Source of the DNA: Chiloscyllium plagiosum
Taxonomy: Eukaryota
Assembly (NCBI RefSeq): GCF_004010195.1
Contig: NC_057728.1
Location: 49,029,361 to 49,086,088, forward strand
Length of the DNA stretch: 56,728 nucleotides
Reading direction: 5' to 3'
Shown: positions 47,316 to 56,728 of the stretch, piece after piece
Position numbering within the stretch: position 1 is the stretch's first letter
Layout: each line of letters starts with the position of its first letter
The notes under the pieces: model-generated
The model's input: only the letters and a program-made list of their open reading frames with translations
Databases searched by the model: none
Told to the model about the DNA's origin: nothing
Position numbers and translations under genes: made by a program

Positions 47316-50300
47316 TGTTATGATCCAGGCCAGACCCCTCTGAAAAAAAAAAGCCATGGACTGCATAACCTTGTTAAAGCAGTTCTGTCACACCTTCCCC
47401 CTTAAAAAATGCACCATCAATATCTAAAGATGGCTTCATTGTAAAACCTCTTAAACCTAAATTGTTATAACTCATCATCTTGCAAGAGCACAGCACTGAC
47501 ACCCACATCACTCACATCGATAGCCACCTTCAATGGCTTTGCATAATTGGGTGTGGCTAATACCAGGACAGTGGTTAGCACAGCTTTCAGGCTGTTAATG
47601 CCTTTTGATAGTCAGCTGTCCACTGAAACTTATTGCCTTTCTTTAGCAATTCGATGAGTGCAGCAGCCACACTGGTAAATTTGGTACAAATTTTCGATAA
47701 AATCCACTCAAGCCCACGAACTGTAGTACGGGTCTTTTTGTCGATGGTATGGGGAACTTCCCGATTACCTTTGTTTTTGCATCCCATGGGGCCATTTGTC
47801 CATGTCTAATAACATGGCCCAGGCACATGACTTGGGCTTTGGCAAATTCACTTTTAGCTAGGTTTATCATCAAGCCTGCCTTCCAAACTCGATCGAATAA
47901 GTCTGATAAATGTTGTAAATGTTCCATCCATGTGTAACTAAAAATCACCAGGTCATCAACATATCATAGAATCCCTACAGTGTGGAAAGAGGTCTTTCAG
48001 CCCAACAAGTCCATATCGACTCTCTGAAGAGTATTCCACCCAAATCCATTCCCCTACCTAACCTACACATCCCTGAACATTATGCGCAATTTAGCATATC
48101 CAATTCACCTAACTTGCCCATCTTTGGATTGTGGGACGAAGCCAAAGCATCCAGAGGAAACCCATGCAGACACGCGGAGAATGTGCAACTCCACAGACAG
48201 AGACAGTTGCCCGAGGCAGGAATCGAACCCGGTCTGGCTGGTGCATTTTTCATATCATATGGCATGACTTTAAACTGATAACAGAGGTAAAAACAATGAC
48301 TGCAGATGCTGGAAGAGCACAGCAATTCAGGCAGCATCCGAGGACAGGCAAAATCGACGTTTCGGGCAAAAGCCCTTCATCAGGAAACAGTCCATTTGGC
48401 ATTATGAAAGCCAAAATTGCCTTTGCTCCTTCTGACAAAGGTACCTGCCAGTTTCCTCTGAGCAAGTCCAACTTAGAAATATGAGTTGATTGTCCCGCTT
48501 TCTCAACACAGACTTCCAAATACGGAATCAGATATGTATCAGTCTTCGTAACTGCACTGACTTTGTGATAGCCCACACATAACCGTTAGGTACTATCTGG
48601 TTTTGGCACCATCACTATGGGTGAGCTCCAGTCACTACTTCAGTTCGATTACGTCATCTTGGAACATATGTCCAATCTCCTTTTGAAATTGTGCCATTAG
48701 AGGGTTATGCCTAAGGATGTTGCTTAATCAAAATAGCATCTCCTATAATATACAGAATGCATAATTAGGTTGTACTTCCCAGCTTATTTCCACTTTTCTC
48801 CCCTTGTGATAGTAATACATTTTTCAAGTCATTTCAATTCTCCTCTGGAAGGTAACTCAATACTTTATCCCAATTTTTGACAACTTCCTCATTGTCCAAT
48901 TCAATTTGAGGAATTCCTAATTCATAATCCTCTGAACTTGGTTCTTCCCTCCGTGTTGTAATCAATAATACATTCTCCTCTTGCTTTCCTTCCCTGTCAA
49001 AATAACTTTTGAGCATATTCACACAACACACTCAGATTTCTTTCTGTCTGGAGTCCCTATCAAGTAGTGTCCCTCACTCAATTTCCTTTCGACTTGCTAA
49101 CATCCACTTATCACTGAAAGTAACACTAATACCTTATCCCTGATAGCAAAATTGTGAATTCTTGATTTCTTGTCTGCTTCCTGTTTCATTGTATCTTGTG
49201 ATACTTTTAAATGCTGTCTAGCCAACTCCCCAGCTCTATTTAATCGTTCCTTAGAATGTGACACATAGTCCAAATATGTGGTTTCTGAATTCTGACTTAT
49301 CAATTTCTCCTTAATCAATTTTAATGGTCCTCTCACTTCATGCCCAAAAGCTAATTCAAATGGATCTGAATTTGGTGCATCTCTGATTGCAAAAAGCTAA
49401 AATGGAATTCCCTTATCCCAATCATCTGGATAATCTTGACTCTCAGCCCAACATGGTCTCTTATGTCTGATGCCACCTTTCTAGCACTCCCTGCGATTCT
49501 GGATGGTATGCAGTAGATTTTCATTGTTTTATTCCTGAGCTGTCCATAACTTGTTTGAATAATTTTGATGTGAAGTTTGATCCCTTATCTGATTGTATCT
49601 CTGTCAGTAGTCGTATCTAGCGAAAAAATTGAGTAATTCCTCTACAATCTTTTTAGGTGTGATATTGCATAATGAAACAGCCTCTGGAAATCTAGTTGAC
49701 ACATCCATTATTGTTAACTAATACCGATTCTCACTTTTTGTGTGAGGTAGGGGACCTATGCAATCAATTAAGACGCTTGTAAAAAGATTTCCTCAAATTA
49801 GGAAATAGGTATTAAATAAAAAGGTTTTATTACTGCCTGTGGTTTTCCAATTAGCTGACTTGTATGACACATCTGGCAAAATTCAAATAAATCCTTATGC
49901 AGGCCAGGCCAGTAAAAATGTTTCTGTATTTTTGCTGGTCTCACTCAGAAATGACCCTCGAGAGGTAGCTCTTGCGCCATTCATTAAACTACCTTTCTAT
50001 AATCCAATGACAACATGACTTGATGAAATTCTGCCCATTTCTCATCTGCCTGACAATGTGATGGTCTCCATTTCCTCATTAAGACATCATTTTTAAGATA
50101 ACATTCTGGGATACATCCGGATTCTTTTTCTGTGTATACCTTTTGATAAAATTGCTTTAAATTTTCATCTTTCTGCTGTATCTCAGTTAATTTATCTGAG
50201 CTCAAGATGTCTGCATGGTCACCTATCTGCTCCTGATTTCTGCCAACCATCTGATCAAACAGGGTCACTGCTAATTCCATGTCAACTTTCTTATGTGTCC

Positions 50301-52300
50301 TCTTTGGTCACTCCTGTTTCAGATGGTGACTTTGTGACCTTGTTACCACACAGTCAGGAAAAAAATCCCAGAATGTGTCCTGCAATAGTTCAGTTGCCTG
50401 AGTTTCCACTGGCTTTTCAACCACAGCAGACAGCACTCCTACCGGTGAACCAGCTGTAAAATTAACAAGGACAAATTGTATTCTTGGAATGAGAGTTTGT
50501 CCAGTACTCCTACTATGAATTCTCCACTATTCACTGGATTCACTTCTTGCCTCACCATGAATTCCTGTTGATAGTACCTTTTCTGGCAATAGTCCTTCAG
50601 GAGTACATATCTCCTCATCTTTCAGCATCACAAACTGAGAGGATCCTGTGTCCCTTAATATTTACCTACTGCTCCTGACCTATACCAATAAACTTTACTT
50701 TCACAAGTATATGGTTTAAGAAGATCTGGCACTTCCTCCTTAATCAAACTCTGACCAGCTTGTACATTCTGTTGCAGCTTTCTAGCCTCCACCCTGCTTT
50801 CTGTTACCACTCCTACAAATTTCCCTGGCTTATCCTGTTTTCCGACATCTGGTTTCCCAGTGCTTCTCCTAACCCACCAACACTGCGATTACATGTGGCC
50901 TATTTTATTGCAGTGAAAACACCAGAGATTTTTAAACTTTCTCTGTCCCCTTCAAGGGTTTCCTTTTTACCCTGTGGTATGTTATCTTTATAATATTCAA
51001 CGAGATCTACCTCTCCCTTTCCATGTGAGGATTTCCATTTCTCTTTTCTCCAATTTCTATTCTCATTTCCCTAATTTCTATTGATTCTGGAAGCCAAACT
51101 TTACTTTATGGATCAACTCAATTATCAGTCATTTCACTGTTAATCTTGCCATTTTAACTCTCTGCTCTTCCACAGGAGTTCTCACTACTTCAGAAAATAA
51201 ATTTTTGAACTCCTAAGTGCCAATTTTTTAAGTTCAAATTTTCTCTTTCTTCCTTTCCTCTTGCTCCTTTTCTCTTTCCTCTGCTTTTAATTGTAATTCC
51301 TTGTCTTTTGCCTCTAGCTCATTTTCAACTGAATTTTAGCCATCTCTAAAGACTCCGATGGCCTTTCTAACACGTTTAAATGCTGAACCTTTGCTGTAAT
51401 TGTATCTCCTTTCCCTCGGAAAGAGGCTGCTCCAAATTCAGCTTGTCTGCTAATTCCAGCAGCTTGGCCTTAATCACCATTTGTAAAACCCCCACGGTCA
51501 CTTCTTCCACCCTCAGAAAACTCTTGCTGACTGAAAGAACCATTGCTATCCCAAACACTGTTTGAACCAACCAAAATCAACACCCAGAACAAAAGACACC
51601 AACACCTACACACACTGCCTTCGAGTCCAACAACTCTTATCCCAATATGGAATACAGAACAAATCCCATGAATAGCCTCCAATCTGATGGACCAGGACAG
51701 ACCCCTCAAAACATTTCAAGAAGGTAGCCCAGACCCTAGCCTTGTTAGTTGTTTTAAGCAGGTATAACATGGATATTCCAGGAGTCATGCAGCTGGTCAA
51801 ACCACTTAGTTTTAAACAAAACAGAATTTATTTACAAGATTACAAGAATGAAACAGAAACAGAAAAAAAATACTGAATAACTTATCCTATCCGAAAACCC
51901 AACAGACTATCCGAACTTAATGATGCTGTTCAAAATACTTGCAACAATCCCCTGGCACAAAAGGAAAAATTAAACACAGGTTCTTACAAGACAGAAGTCA
52001 GAGAGAAAAAGAAAACCAGCCTGGATCTGCTTCTTTGGGTCCAGCACCTTTTTTCACACTATTGTTTAAAAAAAAAACAGAAAACACTTGAGCTGGAAGA
52101 ATTGACACACCCCTTTCACGATGCAAGTGTTTTTTAAATTGAAAGCCTTGTGCCTGAGGCAGTATCTGTTAGCTATAAACAAATTGGCCCTAAAACTCTT
52201 CAACCCTCATACTTTTTAGAGTTTGTGTCATTTCCAATCTCTCTGAAAAAGAATTCCATGTACTGCTTAACCTTAATAAAAGGAGCAGCTTTGACATACA
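47316..52300 (-). mobile_element. Degraded near-full-length Gypsy LTR retrotransposon with Gmr1-type domain order (gag-PR-IN-RT-RH)
   Basis: 5' LTR ~51683-52300; PBS-like TGGAGGCTATTCATGGGAT; gag knuckle CFHCNKIGHM*SQC (~50880-50921); protease ILRDTGSSQ (~50635-50660); integrase IQSDKGSNFTS and STAYHPESQGVLERWHQT (~49465-49600); RT YVDD (~47951-47962); PPT AAGGGGGAAGG; 3' LTR reduced to 47316-47391. Confidence 0.9.
47965..48235 (-). mobile_element. HE1-type SINE inserted in the Gypsy RT
   Basis: TCATAGAATCCCTACAGTGTGGAAA tail and SINE body. Confidence 0.8.
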
Positions 52301-52834
52301 ATAAATTCGCAAAATTGAGTTTTTCCTACTCATGGAGTGAAGAATGAACGGTTGGAATGTTTTGGGTGTAACCCTTGTTCAGGACTGAGGGTGGGTGTAA
52401 AGGCAGTTGTAGATAGGGTTGGGGGGAGGGAGCAAGATGGTGAGGTCAGGATAAGTGAACACAGGTAGAGGGTAGCACCTGGTTGGTCAATGGGAGGAAT
52501 CAATCCGGTTGATAACTGGAAGGAAAGGTCAAATCAAAGGAATGGAAAGGAGGGGTTCATGAAAAATCTGTAAGTTGTGGCTATAGGATTTTGCGCAATG
52601 TTTAATAAAATGCAAGATTTATGGTGCAACTAAATTCCACATGAAAATTCCAAAAGTATTGTCGTCAAAATCTTGTAAACCCAATAAAGATTCTCATTCA
52701 ATGGAAATGCAATATTTCTTGACCCTTGGAACTGAATTTTGGTCACAAATTGGGTGGTGGCATGCTGAGCCCTACATATGTTGATGAAGTACATGATGAT
52801 GCTTGGCTGACACTCTGTTCAAACTCTGACCAGA

Positions 52835-53060
52835 TGGCCAGAAGAAAGTGAAGTTGCTATCCGTTTCCTAAATGAGCAACTTGAGGCTCTGGTGCAACGA
52901 GTAATGGAGGTGACAGCTGTCCTCTTGCATGCTGTCTGAGGAGGCCACACCACCAAACCCAACTAGCCTGGACAGAGATGATAATATGGAACTGCAATCG
53001 CTCCTATTTTAAAAACAGACACCTGGCAGTGTCAGAAGAATGTTATTTATCTCCTGTGCT
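52835..53060 (+). mobile_element. Myb/SANT-like remnant, probably from a Harbinger-type DNA transposon
   Basis: Frameshifted VAIRFLNEQLEALVQRVMEVTAVLL / RRPHHQTQLAWTEM / TWQCQKNVIYLL. Confidence 0.45.
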
Positions 53061-53756
53061 CAATGACAACTTCATTGCAACCTTGCACTCACAGGGATAT
53101 GATTCACTAACTGTACCACTGCACACATCTCACCAAGGCTGATAGGCAACCTTCAAATTCAGTGATGTGTGCAAAATTGCCATTGGAGAGCTCTCACCTA
53201 ATTGAACTTGCCCTCTGGGCTTTCTATTCACTGGGGTTACCCTACCACCTCTCCCACCCATGGATATTCACTAACTGCTCTCACAGTTAATAACTTCTGT
53301 TATTCTTAATCCCTTAGTATCTCACTGCAGAAACAAAAGCTAAGAGGACCAAGACAGGTTTTTTTTTTAAATTAAAACATGGATGTGTATGCATGTCTAT
53401 GTCAGTGTCAGGATTCAGACATCAGGTTTCTCACTCCCTGCAAGACAGTCAAATGACTGGGGAGATAAAGGACTGCTGATGTGCTGACAGGGAGACAGCT
53501 ATAGGGACTACCATTTGTAAGCTCCTCAGTGAAATGTTCCTACCTGATGACCAAAACCACTCATTCTTCTTCTGGTTGCATTTAGTAATCTTCTCCTGCA
53601 AGCATTTATCAATCTTCTCCAAATAAATCCTTCTTTCTCTCATGCATACAGTAGCAGCAGCTAGGGAACCTCCAAAATGAAGAGGCCACAGCCTGAGACC
53701 TTCTACCTCTGCAGAGAAAGCCTGTGGAACTTCAGATAATAGAACAAAGAATAAAA

Positions 53757-54410
53757 ACACAAGAACATAAGAACATAAAAAAATAGGAACAGGTGTAGGC
53801 CATCTAGCTCATCAAGCCTGCTCAATTACATCATGGCTGATCTTATTGTGGACTCAGCTTCACCTAACCACCTGCTCATCATAACCCTTAATTCCTTTAC
53901 TGTTCAAAAATATATCTATCCTTGCCTTAAAAATATACAACAAGGTAGCCTCAACTGCTTCACTGGGTTGGGAATTCTACACATTCACAACCCTTTGGGT
54001 GAAGAAGTACCTCTTCAACGCAGTCCTAAACTGCTCCCCTTATTTTGAGGCTATGTCCCTACTTCTAGTTTCACCCACCAGTGGAAACAACCTCCCTGCT
54101 TCTAATTTATTCCAGTTGTAATTTTATGTTTCTATAAGATCCCCCCTCATTCTTCTAAATAGTATAGTCCCAGTCTGCTTGATCTCTCCTTATAAGCCAA
54201 CCCTCATTTCTGGAATCAACTTCATGAACCTCTTCTGCACCTCTCCATTCTCTCTCAAGTAGAGACCAAAACTGTACACGCTACTGCAGATGCAGCCTCA
54301 GCAGCACCTTAAACAACTGCAGGATAATCATCCCTATTTTTAAACTCTATCCCTCTAGCTACGAAGGACAATATTCCATTTGCCTTCTTAACCATGTGCT
54401 GCACCTGGTA
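53757..54410 (-). mobile_element. CR1 LINE 3' fragment
   Basis: (CATAAGAA)n tail; same subfamily as 7545-8010. Confidence 0.8.
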
Positions 54411-55574
54411 ACACAAGTAGGGTATTCAACTGATTCATCTGACTCTATTTCCATATCTGTAGATTTCCCTAGCATCCAAAGATCTATTGATCTCAGTAGT
54501 GAACATATTCAATGACTGGAATTCTTAACCCAGAGTATTTTGGATGCTCAAAAATTTACAACCCTCTGAAGAAATCTCTCATCTCAATCCTAAATGGTGT
54601 ATCCTTTTTTCCCTGTGACTATGCCCTCCCAGTTTTAGATTCAGGTAGGCAAGAACAGCTCCCCCAAAAATTACCTTATATCAAACCCCATTTCAATGAG
54701 TTCATCTTTCAAGTTTGCTAAATTTTAAAAGGATGGAAGACAAGTATAGGAAGTCAGTTTGCTCAGTTGGCTAGATGACGAGAGTGTGGTGCTGAATAAA
54801 GCCACAGCATGGATTCAATCCCCATACTGGCTGTTAGTTTACAGAGACCCTGCCTCCTCACATGGCTCCATGTTGGTTGCAGTGGTGTTCCCTCAAGCTA
54901 TGCATAACCAGTTATCTGCTTCTAATGGAGAGAGATGCCCTTGGTCCTTTGTAGACTATGGCTAATCACTTTTCAGGACAATTATGCTCAATTTCTCCTC
55001 CTTGGAAAACCCCTTCAAAGAGACTAATGCACAGAGCCCTCCTGAATTCTCCAAGAGACAAATACTTCATTCCTATAGTACAGAAACCAAACCACACATA
55101 GAACTTCAGGTGATCTCACTAATGCCCTACAAAAGAACCTTTTGCTTTTGTACTCCAAACATCTTGCAAGAAAGGCCAACATAATATTTGCCTTCCTAAT
55201 TGCTTGTGGTACTTCATACTACTGTGTAGTTGTGTTATATGCGCAAAGTTAATCTGCCATTAAAACAGACATGAGGGCTATTACAAAATGCATCACTCTT
55301 CCTCCAAAAGGAACACTACCCCTCTTGTGAATTCAACTGCAATCAAGAGACACACAATCAGTTTTGTTATCTTATGAATCAATAAGTTAAGCAATTTAAA
55401 GATTTCAGGATTGTGCACTGAACCCTCAAGAGGTGGGAGCAGAAGACCACAATGAATTCCTGTATAACTGACTTTGCTTTGTGGAATGATGGCTCAGTGA
55501 TAATTGCAGTCATTGTATTTTACTGCAATAAAAGTTGGCTGAGGACAGCCATGTTGAAGAAATCTCTTTGATCA

Positions 55575-55734
55575 ACATGAGTCAGATGGAGTTTAATTTA
55601 GATAAACGCAAGGTGCTGCATTTTGGGAAAGCAAATCTTAGCAGGACTTATACACTTAATGGTAAAGTCCTCGTGAGTGTTGCTGAACAGAGACCTTGGA
55701 GTGTAGGTTCATAGCTCCTTGAAAGTGGAGTCGC
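55575..55734 (+). mobile_element. CR1 fragment cut off by L1 insertion
   Basis: Nearly identical to 24510-24637 up to GAAAGTGGAGTCGC. Confidence 0.85.
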
Positions 55735-56728
55735 GGGGGATCTAAGATGGCGGCAATCTGAGAAGATCACACTGCAGAGCTTCGCATCGCAGCAGGAGCA
55801 GGACAGTCCTTTAACCCACCCAACCCAAGTCATCAGGATTTCTTGGGGTTTTGGAAAGATTGTGGAGCCCGAAGAAGCATTTAAAAATTGACAACTATAT
55901 TTTCAGCTGTCCAGAAATGCTTAAAAAAGGGAGGAGGAGCATCTGAGGCTGGGCCTGCAGCTCAGCCTGCAGCAGCCTCAGAGCAGATTACCCTTCAGGT
56001 CCTGGTGAACCAGCTCTCGAAATCACACGAGATGTTGGGGAAACAGATTGAAGATAAGCTGGCTCCAGTCTCTCTCATGCTGCAGAAGCATGAGCAACAG
56101 CTGGGAGACCTGCAGAAGAGGACGGATGAGGTGGAGCACAGGGTCACAGTGGTGGAAGCTGATGCCAGTTCATTCAAGGAAGCGATCTAAGCCCTGAAGA
56201 CGCAGGTTCGTAATTTGCGTGACCAAGTGGATGATCTTGAAAACAGGGGCAGGAGAAAAAACATTCGGATCATCGGTCTGCCTGAGGGTAAGGAGGGTGA
56301 GCGGTCTGCGGAATTTGTTGAAGATTGGCTTCCGAAATTCCTTGACTTGGAGACTGGCATGAGAGGATTGAAGATAGAGAGGGCTCACCGGGTCGCAGCA
56401 CAGAGGTCGGTCTGGGTCAAAGCCCTCGTCCTTTCCTGGTGCGGTTCCATCATTACCGGGATAAGGAGTCATGGAGGCTTCCAGACTCCAGGGGACGGAT
56501 CCAAAGGCCCTAATTTATGAGGGGTCTAAGATCATGTTTTTTCAGGACTTTTCAGTGGCGGTGATCCAGAAACGAAAATCGCATGATGGTGTCAAGAGAA
56601 GATTGAAGGAGCTTGGGATTCAGTACTCCCTGAGATATCCGGCAGTGCTTCGGATCACCTTAGATGGATCCACGCATCTCTTTGACACATCGGAGAAGGC
56701 AAGAGACTTTGTGGACAAACTAACCTAA
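55735..56728 (+). mobile_element. L1-clade LINE: 5' UTR and disrupted ORF1 (element likely continues beyond the window)
   Basis: Starts GGGGGATCTAAGATGGCGGC; coiled coil followed by LENRGRRKNIRIIGLPEG, IERAHR, FFQDFS and YPAVLRI. In-frame stop at 56188-56190 and frameshifts. Confidence 0.9.

Noticed and set aside
47311..52305. Target-site duplication for the large Gypsy element
   Set aside because: The flanks (TCAGT versus ATAAA) do not match, so the exact ends are uncertain.

Overview
Vertebrate genomic DNA, almost certainly from an elasmobranch (shark), judged from HE1-type SINEs, CR1/HER1-type LINEs and abundant Penelope-like elements (PLEs). There are three N gaps. One complete host gene is present: YEATS4 (GAS41) on the minus strand, with 7 coding exons (37101 down to 14834), 227 aa, a GC-AG intron 3, and a CpG-rich promoter carrying a tandem array of YY1-type motifs. 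Intron 1 contains, antisense, the main exon of a class A GPCR of the chondrichthyan-expanded GPR139-like type. This GPCR block lies between two matching inverted PLE arms and a perfect 14-bp direct repeat (TATATATTAACAAG). It is therefore either host-gene cargo in a ~5.2-kb PLE-bounded insertion or a contig mis-scaffolded into a palindromic PLE, since gaps flank it on both sides. The rest is mostly transposon-derived: nested CR1s, a Rex1/Babar LINE, an L1 5' end, Gmr1-type Gypsy elements (integrase before RT), a solo LTR, a Tigger-like MITE and many hairpin PLE derivatives with hammerhead-ribozyme cores and 10-16 bp duplications. Also seen are U2 snRNA and tRNA-Ser pseudogenes, two CTCF-like sites and a possible multi-exon gene relic upstream of YEATS4. 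Transposon boundaries are approximate unless a TSD is quoted. All family assignments are by recognition; no database search was run.
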